The notes under the pieces are model-generated. The model was given only the letters and a program-made list of their open reading frames with translations, had not been told where the DNA came from and ran no database searches. The position numbers and the translations under genes are program-made. A stretch of DNA of 63,837 bases, counting the filler, from Olpidium bornovanus S191 (Eukaryota; Fungi; Olpidiomycota): the NCBI GenBank assembly GCA_017911155.1. It is 33 parts of 33 records of this genome, joined end to end, with 100 filler letters (N's around TTAATTAATTAA, not from the genome) between each part and the next. Parts side by side here need not be neighbours in the genome. Positions count along the whole stretch, not along the records: positions 34,525 to 38,061 come from JAEFCI010002283.1; positions 38,162 to 39,400 come from JAEFCI010000838.1; positions 39,501 to 40,648 come from JAEFCI010006084.1; positions 40,749 to 42,365 come from JAEFCI010006059.1; positions 42,466 to 44,379 come from JAEFCI010008067.1; positions 44,480 to 46,109 come from JAEFCI010012081.1; positions 46,210 to 47,361 come from JAEFCI010010046.1; positions 47,462 to 48,941 come from JAEFCI010005775.1; 25 more parts are not named here. One strand, given 5' to 3'. This document shows, one piece after another, positions 35,446 to 47,552 of the stretch (positions are counted from its first letter, which is position 1; every line of letters starts with the position of its first letter).

Positions 35446-38061
35446 ATGAGCTACGTGGAGCCGCATCTGTTTTCGCAGTGCACGGTGCTGGTGTGCGCGA
35501 AGCAGCTCTTGCGGAGAACCCCGTGTTTGGCCCGGGTTGGGCAAGCCTCCCCGGCTCTGGCACGGCATAACGTTGGCGCTGAGGCCGGAAAGCCGGCGTC
35601 GTACGGCACTGCCGTTGCGCCCGGCCGCTACCCGCTTCCTCGCCACCGGTTGCAAAGTCAACGCGGGGCCCGGCGGCAGCAGCACAGGAGTCCCAGCGGG
35701 CGCGCCAAGTGGCCCACCGATGCCCTTGCGAGCCTGGCGACGTGCCGCGCCGCAGCCTTTCGCCGGTTACCAGCGCCAGCAGCGGGGGGGACCAGGTTTT
35801 ACAGCACCACTACCGCGTCTGCAGTAGGCGAGTACTCGCCGGAGTCGGCGGCCGCGCCGCGGTCGGACGCTGGTGGCCAACCTCGCCGGAAAGCCGCGCC
35901 GCGGTCGAACGCTGGTGGCCAACCTCGCCGGAAAGCCGCGCCAGTTACTGCGTCAGTGGAGGCTACCCGTGCCGGGAACAAGCAGCTAATCTATCTGAAG
36001 AACAACCACTCGGCCGACCGCGTGCTCGCGTTGTTTCTTGAGCTGAAGAGGGACGGCGTGGCGAACGCCTCAACTTATTCTATTGTCTTCGACGCTCTGG
36101 CCAGAGGGCGCTCGCAGACCTCTTCTTCGCCAACCGCGCTGCTGTCTTTTTGGGACGATTACCGCAAGCTGGACGGTTGGGACAAGCGCGACAACGACTT
36201 CATCCGCGAATGCATCCTTTGCTGTCTTAGCCGCGCAGCGCTGGACGTTCACAAGAAGCTGGTAACCGTGTGCAGGCGGAAGGAGGAGGCTTTGAAAGCG
36301 AACGTCCGGGACGAGGGGCAGCTGACGAATCTTGACGAGGAGATCCGCTCGCACCAGGCCTGTGCAGATCACTGGTCGGCTCTTGCCTTGAACCACTTCC
36401 GTGAGATTGTGAAGCCGACCTCGGATGCGTTCGTTTATGCCCTGTCCTGCGCAACCGGGAAGGCCGGCACCGCAGAGCTGCGCACGCTGATCGAGCGGGC
36501 CACCGAGGTCTACGGTTGCTTTCCACCGGCCCTGTACCCGTATGTGATCGAGAGCTACGGCAAGGCTGGGATGCTTGAGGAAGCCCTTCGCTGTTTTGGA
36601 GAGCTCCAAAGCAAACCAAACGTCACGTATATCGTCTCGCGTTTGGCCACTTCTGCCGTCATACAGGCGCTCCTGAGCGCCAACAGGGTCGAGGACGCTT
36701 TGGCGCACGCCAAAACGTACCTCAATTTCCTCGTCAGCAAATCGGCGGTAGATATTGCCATTGCAGCGGTGGAGCAGGGGAAGATTGCGATCGCTTGCGC
36801 CTCCTTAGAGACGCTGAAGCTTGCAGGCCGCGCACTCGGTTCGGACAACCTTGCCGGCCTGTTGGGGCCGATTTTAGAGAGCGGCTGCGACGACATCTTC
36901 GCCCCGGTCATCAAGGCCCTGCTCGCGTTTGACCAAAAAGAGCCAGTGGTCCGCGAGTTCATCAATGCGTTACTCGTCGCTAATATCGAGAAGGGCAACG
37001 CATACGCCGCCCTCAAGGCGGTGTCGATCCTTGCAGATAATGACGTCCTGCCACCTACTCCGACCCTGGCCATCTGCCTCAGGAAAAACGCTGAAACCCC
37101 GGAGGCAAAAGAGCTCCTGTTGAAGACGCTGTTGACGATCTCACGCACAGTGGACACTATCCTCAAAGATCACGCGGACGCGTCCTCGGTCAAGGACCTG
37201 TGTCTGGACGTGTCTGAAAGCCTGGCACAGCAGTTCCGTGATAACCTCACGTTTATTCTTATGAGGGCGCGTCTGGACCCCGATACCGTGCACGAAGCTG
37301 GTGAGAAGTTTTTTGCCCAGAACACTCTGAGCGGGGAGGAGGACCACCAGCTCGCTTTCGAAATGGCGTACAGGATGCGCGATGATGAACGTATCATAAA
37401 GGTGGCCGAAAAGATGCGCAAGTCGAAATTTTTGCCGCCTGGCATTGGCCGTTTGCACAAACAGTGGATTAGCCGGGCACTCGAGAAGGATCCGCCCAGC
37501 TACGACTGGTGGCAGAGCCGCGCGACCATCCTTCCCTCTGTTAACATAACAAACCCTTTAGGCTATAAGCCCGTTCTTGATGACCCGGATAACCCTACCA
37601 GTTTGCCTCTGAGTTGGGGCGAAAGCAGAGGTTACGCCCAAGGCAAGATGCTTTACACCGCGGCACGAGGGGATGACACGAAGGATGTCGTCGATCTTTT
37701 TGAGTCGACGGTGAAGAGCAACAAGATAACCTACGAGCTAGTCAGTGGATTATTCGCGCAGTGCGGCGTCAACAAGGACTTTCCAACCGCCCAGCGACTC
37801 GCGAAAGTTCTGAACGATGCTGGCATGAATACCACCATCACCGAGGAGCGTGACCGCCTTCGAATGCTGGCCCGCACGGGCCTGGCCATCGCTTGCGTTG
37901 TTGGAAAGCATCACAATACGGCACGGGAGCTTCTCACTAACATGACAACGACGGAGAAACTCCTGCCGCCCGACGCGAACGTTTACGGCCTGTACCTTTC
38001 CCACCTGGATTCTGGAAATGATGCCGCAGAGGCCGGCGCCATTCACCAGGAGGTTAATCGC
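35446..38061 (+). CDS. Pentatricopeptide-repeat (PPR)-like mitochondrial protein, intronless over the visible part, 3'-partial
   Basis: More than 870 codons stop-free; presequence-like start ending RFYST; PPR-like units NKQLIYLKNNHSADRVLALFLELKRDGVANASTYSIVFDALARG, LYPYVIESYGKAGMLEEALRCFGEL and PPDANVYGLYLSHL. Confidence 0.75.
35851..35942 (+). repeat. 42-bp coding tandem repeat (AAPRSDAGGQPRRK x2 plus partial)
   Basis: Two copies differing by one base, at 35851 and 35893. Confidence 0.95.
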
Positions 38062-38207
38062 NNNNNNNNNNNNNNNNNNNNNNNNNNNNNNNNNNNNNNN
38101 NNNNNTTAATTAATTAANNNNNNNNNNNNNNNNNNNNNNNNNNNNNNNNNNNNNNNNNNNNACACCCCCCCCCCCCCCCCCCAACTCCCCTCTAAAAAAA
38201 AACTCAC

Positions 38208-38698
38208 CAAGAACTTGACATCGAACCAGGTTTCTACTTCCGACGCTACCTTGCTCGACTCGGCCCCGTTCCGTGTCCTGCCGCCGGTAAGGCAGACGTG
38301 GATTTGCCGCGGTTCCGCCCTTACCGTCAGAATCCCTTTCTGCGGCGCGGAGCCCCGGCCCCGAACGTCCTCGCCGCATTTGTCGCTCTCGAGGACAAGG
38401 TCGGCATCGAAAATGGACTGTTCAAACGTCGTGAGCAAATAAAAATGAATAATAACGGGGTCACTTTTCGGGCGGCAAAACGGAGCGGAGATCTCGAAAA
38501 AGAGGAGTAAGGGCTGTGGATATTGCTCGGAACGAGCCGTGAAGGAGCGGGAAGGGGGGAGCGCACTTTCAACGCCACAAGCTCATACTCCTGCGCCTCC
38601 GTGTTCGTGCGACCGACTTCGGCGCAGCAGGATTCCACTTCGCCAGCGGCGTGGGCGCCGCTCCCAGCCCGGCGAGGGAGGCTTTGGCGGGGCGGCAT
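38208..38698 (-). CDS. RWD-domain protein N-terminus, RNF14/Itt1-like RBR E3 ligase candidate, 3'-partial
   Basis: EAQEYELVALK|SIFDADL..IHVCLTGG..WFDVKFL|GTGAGT matches the RWD start (EAQ..EL.AL.SIY) and the RNF14-type RWD layout. RING/IBR domains are not in the window. Confidence 0.6.
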
Positions 38699-39104
38699 TT
38701 CTGGTGGGCGGCGGAGGTGGAGGGAGTGGGTGGCGAAGGGCGCCAATCTGCTGGAGGCCGGCGAGTTACTGGGGCGAAACGCGCTGTCGGGGAACGGCGC
38801 CGTTAAACATGAAACCCATGCAAAACCTGAACTCACTGCGTCAACGGCAGAGGCTGTCTAACCTGCCAGACCACCCGGTGCAGCTGCTCTAGACTCACAA
38901 ATTGAATAAAATTGGTTTCGAAAAAATTTCTGGTACATATGAGGTAGGGGGGGGGCGGCAGCCCGCCCCCCCGGACCCGATGGGTATAAAACGCCCCCCC
39001 CCCCAAGACGAAATTTTTTTTAACCCCCAACATAACACACACACCTTAGCCCAAAACAAATAACAAAAAACTAAAATTCACTCAGTCAGCACCAACAAAC
39101 CTCA

Positions 39105-39360
39105 ATGCCAAGACCCAAATTGCAGAAAGCTGCACTTCAAAATAATGCAGCCATTGCACGTCAATCCCATGATTCACGCCAACCCGAAGCAGAAGAAGAG
39201 TTGGGGGTAGTCATTGACACTGAAATTGATAACAATGATGATGAGATGGTGCCTGATCAAGACGTCCTCGACCAGTGGGTTGAGGAAGTGGAGCAGCCTC
39301 GTTAAAATCCTTAAAAATTTGAAAATGCTGGCAGCCACCAACAGAACGTTTACAAAGGTA
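39105..39360 (+). mobile_element. Possible decayed DNA-transposon ORF start
   Basis: AT-richer than flanking genes; MPRPKLQKAA..acidic tract, stops, then KFENAGSHQQNVYKG, reminiscent of fungal transposase N-termini. No catalytic motif seen. Confidence 0.3.
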
Positions 39361-39544
39361 ATTTGTTGTTAGCTTGCTCATTTTTTGCCACCGTTCTTCC
39401 NNNNNNNNNNNNNNNNNNNNNNNNNNNNNNNNNNNNNNNNNNNNTTAATTAATTAANNNNNNNNNNNNNNNNNNNNNNNNNNNNNNNNNNNNNNNNNNNN
39501 ACAGCAGGCGAGACTGACCACGGTCCGTCCGTCGTTTTCCGTAG

Positions 39545-39780
39545 GTTGGTTCCACGAAGTGACTTCGTACGGACTCCGCGCCGACGACGGCCAGACCCAC
39601 CCGAACGATGGGATTCACATGGCGTTCAACTACTGGATGGTTCCCCCGGCAACTGACGATCCCGCAAAGCCTTACGAAGACGATTACTGGGAGAGCGAGT
39701 GGGCGGAGGTCGAAAGGGCTATCTTGGACGGGATTCTCTGCGAACCCTTCGAATCGCGAAGCGGGGCTTCGCCAAGACAT
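39545..39780 (+). CDS. JmjC/cupin-like domain protein, C-terminal exon
   Basis: Acceptor TAG at 39544, then GWFHEVTSYG..IHMAFNYWMVPP..PYEDDYW, the W.H.V..S..H.A.NYW end of a JmjC (cupin_8) domain. Confidence 0.8.
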
Positions 39781-40380
39781 GTACGTCCCGCGTGCCGCGT
39801 CAAAATTTGCGGCCCGATGATTTTTCTTTTTATCCGTCTCTCCCGTTTCTTTTGGATGGTTCCGGGACGTCCTCCCATTTCGCTGCTGACACCTCGGTGA
39901 TTTTGCGGACCGCTTTTGCCAGAGCCCCGCTCACGAATCTTCGGCATCAGAGGAGGAGGAGCATTCGTCGTCAACGCGGGCGACACGCCGTCCTGGTATC
40001 TCCCGGCCGGCACCGGAGCTCGCGTTCGTCTCAACTTCCTCGTCGGGTGGTGCAGCGCCGAGGCGCCGCGTGCGCAACAAGCGCAAGACGCGCCCAAAAC
40101 CCAGGTGGATCGTGAAAGACGCGTAAAAGATGATGGGGTGGCTTCGGAGTTTGGCAGCCAGCTCAACCCACCGACCCTGACGCAACGCTATGTCCAACCC
40201 CGGGGGACGGAGACGGAAACGGGTGCGCGCGAGCTGGGATACGGTACTTTAATCATTGGTGTGGACTAGCCTTTTTTAGTATGAGCTTCCTAACGGAACT
40301 ACAGTGGTCGATAGAGGGGCGTCGCCTTTGGCACTCGACGCACAGGTGGCGATCTTCCCCTTTTTCCACTTGTTCTTCTA

Positions 40381-40600
40381 CACTCCCCTTTATCACACGT
40401 ACCTGACTTTGATGGTCACCACTCCCCTTTATCACACGTACCTGACTTTGATGGTCACCACTCCCCTTTATCACACGTACCTGACTTTGATGGTCACCTC
40501 TATCTACGCGTCTCTACTTTGTTGTTCAGTGTGTATCACACGTACCTGACTTTGATGGTCACCTCTATCTACGCGTCTCTACTTTTGTTGTTCAGTGTGA
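40381..40600. repeat. Compound minisatellite (39-bp unit x3, then alternating 36/29-bp modules)
   Basis: CACTCCCCTTTATCACACGTACCTGACTTTGATGGTCAC x3 (40381, 40420, 40459), then CTCTATCTACGCGTCTCTACTTTGTTGTTCAGTGTG / 29-bp core / second copy. Confidence 0.95.
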
Positions 40601-40772
40601 CCCGGCGGTTTCGCTTTTGCGAACCTCTACCATCTCCTGGAACATGACNNNNNNNNNNNNNNNNNNNNNNNNNNNNNNNNNNNNNNNNNNNNTTAATTAA
40701 TTAANNNNNNNNNNNNNNNNNNNNNNNNNNNNNNNNNNNNNNNNNNNNCATGATGGATGATATGCTACCCAC

Positions 40773-42182
40773 CTTATCATACTGGCACAAAATTATGTGC
40801 TCGAGGTTGTCTGTGGTGGTCGCGTCGTTAGTCTCCTCGTCGCTATCGTCTAGGTCGGAGTTGATATCGTCGGAGTTCTCGCCGTCATCCCCACCATCGA
40901 ACTGCAGCAGCCGACTCGACGGATGAGTAGGCGAGGATTCTGGATCGAGCTCTGGCGGTGACAGCTCAGCACTTTGTGGCTGCTGAGCGGAAAAGGACGA
41001 CGCAAATGTCGCAGGAGGAGGCTGCCGACTCGAGCTCGCCGTCGACAATCGATCAAGCTGACAGGTGCACGCGATCGACCCGATAACACGCAGTCAGCTC
41101 CGCCGCGACATGCGCAGGGCTGCAATTCCCCGTCGCGAAGGAAGTGAAGCTCCCTGTCGTCGGTTCTCTTGTACATACCGACCGTCGTTCATCGCTCCAC
41201 TGGGGTTCGCTCCGGTCCGCAGTCGGACCGAGAATTAGTTCCTCCTCGTCCGCAGCTCCGTCGTTCTGTGGTATTGTGGCCACAGCGTCGCCCGCTTCCT
41301 TTTTCCCCGTGCCTTCGGCGGCGTAGTGATGTTGTTCTTCCTCCTCGGACGAGTACTGCTGGTGGCTGGCGTCGGCGAGGGCGGCAAGGCTTGTGGCGGT
41401 GGCGGACTCGCCGGCGTACGTCGTGTCATACTCCGACGTGTCCTGGGCTTCGTACGCGGCACGCTGCAACATATCTCCGTAGTAATCCGCGCCGTCGTAC
41501 GGCTCCTGCGCCCCCTCCGCGTCATGGTGTGGCGTGACTTGCCCCGCGGCGACAAGGCCCTCCGAAACTGGCTCAAAACCCGATATCCGCTCGCGAACGA
41601 TCCGGCCCTCCCAGCCCTTTTTTTGCCGAACGCAAGCAACGGGCGGCGGGGCGGCGGCGGCGGCGGCGGCAGAGAAATGCCCCGGTGAGCAGACGGCCCG
41701 TTATAAACGCGCGGCCCGATAACGTCACACGGCCCAGCTGCGCCTTCTTTTCCTCTTGTCGGCGCAGCTCACCCGCAGCAATTCTTCCAGCAGCGACTCG
41801 TCCACCCCGTCGTCTTCGAAGTCCGACCGCGAATTCGATATTACCGCGTCAATGACCTGCCGGAAAATCGCAGCCTTAAAAAATCACGGATGCCGGCGTT
41901 GGCGACGAAAAGGGAACGGTAAGGTCAGCAACGGACGGAAATGTAAAGACGTCGGTATTTACCACTCCAGCCAGAGAGCGCAACGGAGGGAAGGGGGGGG
42001 GGGGGGGGGATATATCGACGCGCCTCCGCCCGTTCAGGCCAAAAACTGCGCGGTCGACAGTTTCGCAGCTTCTTTCACGCGGACGCAGCGGGGGTCCTCC
42101 TGCCAATGTTCTTTCCTCTCTGCTTCCCATCCGCGGAGCGCGGGATGCGCTGCGGTACACTCACAGCTGTCGGAGCGCTCAT
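40773..42182 (-). CDS. TOA1: Transcription factor IIA large (alpha/beta) subunit, 3'-partial
   Basis: MSAPTA|AAIFRQVIDAVISNSRSDFEDDGVDESLLEELLR|GWEGRI..IPQNDG..LLQFDGGDD..DDINSDLDDSD..HIILCQYDK|GT. Confidence 0.92.
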
Positions 42183-42272
42183 GGTGCTGTCCGGGCCAGT
42201 TCCCGCTTCCGCGGGTCTGGTGAAAGAGCAAAGAAATTTTGTACACGGTCGGAAGGGTGCGTGAGGTGGCGA

Positions 42273-42282
42273 GTCACGTGAC
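42273..42282. promoter_or_regulatory. Palindromic E-box GTCACGTGAC upstream of TOA1
   Basis: Perfect palindrome 91 bp upstream of inferred ATG 42182. Confidence 0.55.
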
Positions 42283-42465
42283 AAATGCCTTGCAAAAGGA
42301 GAAGGAAACCCAGCTTTGCCCAAAAAGTCAATTAAAGGAATTGTCACCGCTTCTCGCTGCGCATGNNNNNNNNNNNNNNNNNNNNNNNNNNNNNNNNNNN
42401 NNNNNNNNNTTAATTAATTAANNNNNNNNNNNNNNNNNNNNNNNNNNNNNNNNNNNNNNNNNNNN

Positions 42466-43737
42466 CATGCTCGCCGATTTACTCTCTGCCTGAGCCTCGT
42501 CTTTTGCCCGGATTAACGCCTCTTCAACTTTTCGTTTCTCGTCTTCGTGCATTGAAAAGTGGTCAAAAATCATTTCCGCACCGCCACGCGACGAAATCAT
42601 CGAATTTATTGGTGGGTTATAGTAGATATTTTCTGTAAACCATTGTTTTGATTTTCCTTTAAAACCATCATCTTCCTGCAGAAGCACCGACGTTACATCG
42701 AGACGACATCTAAGGCCTTACCGTATACATTTGAACCGAAGGAAGTCGTCGGGTGTGTAGAGATAATATTAATCAAATCCTGCGCCTCGAACAGCCGCCG
42801 GTCATAGTGGCATATCGCGGAGGCTTCGCGCACCCTGAACACCTCGTTGACGATCGCCTCGTAATAGTGCAGCTGGTCTATGGTCGTGAAAGTCCGCAAG
42901 GTCCAGGACATCTCGCCTGGTGAAAATCCATCGAAACGGGTATTATCAATCAAACAGCCGGGCACAGAAAAATAAAAATGAACGAGAATACGAATCGCTC
43001 GTGTACGCACCCACCACTCTCAACCCCGCCCAGCCTTCTGCTTTGGCAGTGGTGGCACAGTTGTCGAGAAACTCAACCATCCTTTCCGGCTCGAACTTGC
43101 CATACTGTGTATATGCATCCTCGTAGTGAAGAAAGACAAGCTGCTTAGAGTCTATGAGGACTTGAAGGTTGAGCACAAAGTCATCGTCGCCAGTCCTGTC
43201 GCTGGAAGTGCGGCGAGCTTCTGCGGAATTCCCTGTCACAACGCCCGGCGTGCCGCGTGTACCAGGGCCGATAGGTGGATATTCCGGTAACGGAGATTTT
43301 CTCAGACGGTTTTCCTCGAACACCCGAGTGAAATGCCTGACAGCCGCACTCCCAGTTACCGCATCGACGATGTAGATGAGCTTCTCTCCGTTGAGCGCGC
43401 CTGTCTTCAGGAATAACTTGATATCTCGCCACCGGTCCTCGTCGGAATTGTAAACCCCACAAACGTGGTCTTTGACCTGCAGGGACTCGACTGTCTTCCG
43501 TGCGGCGTGCTGGCTAGCGACGGCGGAAATCAGCTTGCCTTCTTTTGATATACAACTCGAGAGGTATGACGACGTTGTGGCGCGACGAACGGTGCTTTCG
43601 GCGAGAACCAGCGGCCGTTCCGAGATCGGGTCACGCAAACCCCACGGGAAACACGTCCGAGGTACGGTGGCCGGGCCGGCTTGCGCATCTTGTGCGTCCT
43701 GTGACACAGCAGGACCGCGGTGTAGTAGAGGCATCAT
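42466..43737 (-). CDS. MEDS-domain sensor protein, probable histidine kinase, 3'-partial
   Basis: KDHVCGVYNSDEDRW..FLKTGALNGEKLIYIVD..LIDSKQL..AYTQYGKFEPERMVEFL..AKAEGWAGLRVVG|EMSWTL..YYEAIVN..SAICHYDRRLF..IISTHP..VY|ENIYYNPP matches the MEDS consensus; it is followed by EDEKRKVEEALIRAKDEAQAESKS. Introns 43010-42917 and 42721-42633. Start codon uncertain. Confidence 0.85.
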
Positions 43738-44107
43738 GTGCAGACGGCGGCCTGCACAGCCGTGACGGAAGCAGCGAGGTACGTTTTTATTTAAATACGC
43801 AGCGGGCCAGCCGCGTCTTCCTCGGTGCGTGCGGGAACCGCAGTTATGGTGCACAGCGCGGACGGTCCCGAGGGCGTATTTCCGTTCCCGAAGCTCGTTT
43901 TGAGGCAGCAGCGGCCGTCGAGCGGAACCTCCCAACAGCGCGAGAGCCTGACGTTTTTCCTTCCTGCGGCTAAGCTACCTGGCGCAAAAAAAAAAAAAAA
44001 AAAAGCGAGGCGAGAGAGAGGAGGCGGGAGAGATGAGACGGGAGAAAGGCGGACGGGCGAAGATAGGAGGGCGAGGACGGAGCAGGCCGAGCAGGCCGGA
44101 AGTGCAC

Positions 44108-44230
44108 GCCGGAGGTGCAGGCCGGAGGTGCGGGGCCGGAGGTGCGGGGCCGGAGGTGCGGGCCGGAGGTGCAGGCCGGAGGTGCAGGCCGGAGGGGCAG
44201 GCCGGAGCGCAGGCCGGAGGTGCACGCCGG
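44108..44230. repeat. 13-14-bp minisatellite (GCCGGAGGTGCRG)n, about 9-10 copies
   Basis: Direct inspection; lies upstream of the MEDS gene. Confidence 0.9.
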
Positions 44231-44553
44231 ATGTGGGCGACTGAGAGAGTTGCGTGCGCGCGCGCGTGCGCTGCGCTGCGGCAGGCGGGCGAGGAGGACG
44301 GAGTGGTGCGCTGAGTAAGGAAGGACATTTGTGCCAGCCATTAGTAAAGCGGAAAGGACAACCAACCACCAAAAACATGNNNNNNNNNNNNNNNNNNNNN
44401 NNNNNNNNNNNNNNNNNNNNNNNTTAATTAATTAANNNNNNNNNNNNNNNNNNNNNNNNNNNNNNNNNNNNNNNNNNNNGAATAAGATCCAGCAGAAAGT
44501 GCGAGAGAAGGGAAGCGAAAAAAAAAAATTTAAAACGCACAACGGGGAAAAAT

Positions 44554-46109
<1,556 letters not shown>

Positions 46110-46249
46110 NNNNNNNNNNNNNNNNNNNNNNNNNNNNNNNNNNNNNNNNNNNNTTAATTAATTAANNNNNNNNNNNNNNNNNNNNNNNNNNNNNNNNNNN
46201 NNNNNNNNNACCACCCCTTCGCGCGCGCGCGCGCGCGTTCGCGCCGCAG

Positions 46250-47255
46250 AAACGTACGACCGGAAGATCCGGGCGGCGCACCAGCAGATCGCCGAGCTGG
46301 ACGCCCAGGTCGCGGAGCTGGACCGGCGGATCGCGAAGCAGCGGCAGGAGATGGGCGGCGTCAACGCCGCCACGGCGACGAGCCTGGGCATCCAGAAGCG
46401 CATCCGCGTCCTCGAGAACCGGCTCGACAAGGTGGGGGGGATTAGGGGAGCCGGTCCAAGGCGTTTTTACTTTTTCTTTTCTTTGTTTATTTTTTTTTTG
46501 ATTTTGGTTTTATTTTTTGGTTTTGGTTTTTTTTTTTGGTTTTGTTTTTTTTTTTTGGTTTTGGTTTTTTTTTTGGTTTTAGTGATGGTGATGGTGATGG
46601 TGATGGTGATGGTGACGAGGAGAAGGAGGAGGAGGAGGATGAGGGGGCGAAGGGAAAAAAGAAGAAAAAGACAATCGCCTCTGTCCTCCCTCCACCCCTC
46701 CCCCCCTTCCAACCCGGGTTTTGCTGAATCCACTTGTTTCTCTCTCTCTCTTTTACTCTCTCACTCTCGCTTCTCTCTCTCACCCCTCCTTCCGTCTCTA
46801 TCTCTCCCTCACTACTCTACTTTCTCTCTCTCTGTTAACCCTCTCTCACGGCCAATTCCCCCACCGCCCTCTTCCCCAGTCGCTGACGAAATTCAACGAG
46901 GCGCTCGCGCACAACAAGCGGCTGCGGGAGACGATCGACAACTTGCGGCGCGAGCGGGCGGTGTTCGAGAACATCCGGCGCAAGTTCGAGCGCGAGATCG
47001 CCGAGCAGGACAAGCGGATGGCGGACGCCATCGAGTCGGCCAACGCGGCGTACGAGGCGCGCGACGAGGCCCAGGCCAAGACCGTCGCGCTGAAGGAGAA
47101 GGCCGAGAAGGAGAAGCAGGCGCACATGCAGGAGATCAAGGAGCTCGACAGGTTCCTGGAGCAGGACAGGAAGCTGAAGGAGTTCATGGCGACAAAGGCC
47201 AGCGAGCGCCACGAGGCCCACGACGCCCGCGGAGGGTCGGGGTACACGCTCAAAC
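46250..47255 (+). CDS. ODAD1: Outer dynein arm docking complex subunit DC2 (CCDC114/CCDC63 family), internal two exons
   Basis: QEMGGVNAA..IQKRIRVLENRLDK|SLTKFNEALAHNKRLRETIDNLRRERAVFE..IESANAAYEARDEAQ..KEKQ..EIKELDRFLEQDRKLKEFM. Confidence 0.9.
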
Positions 47256-47258
47256 GTA

Positions 47259-47317
<59 letters not shown>

Positions 47318-47552
47318 CGGGGGGGGGGGGGGGAGGGGGGGGGGGGGGGGGGGGGGGGGGGNNNNNNNNNNNNNNNNNNNNNNNNNNNNNNNNNNNNNNN
47401 NNNNNTTAATTAATTAANNNNNNNNNNNNNNNNNNNNNNNNNNNNNNNNNNNNNNNNNNNNCGCCCCCCCCCCGAAACCCCCCCCCCCCCCCCCCCCCCC
47501 CGTCAGGGTTCGTGGAATGGGGTGGGTTGCGTGAGGGGGATGCGCGGTTCAC

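Noticed and set aside
39960-40030. VVNAGDTPSWYLPAGTG as the JmjC metal-binding strand
   Set aside because: It lies downstream of the WFHEV exon (wrong order) and lacks the following WFH; treated as chance.
40381-40600. CRISPR array (29-bp repeat x4)
   Set aside because: The spacers are themselves repeated and of unequal length (10 and 36 bp); eukaryotic context and no cas genes.
42466-44379. MEDS contig as bacterial or archaeal contamination
   Set aside because: Two canonical spliceosomal introns interrupt conserved motifs in the correct phase, and flanking poly-A and GC-repeat style matches the other contigs.
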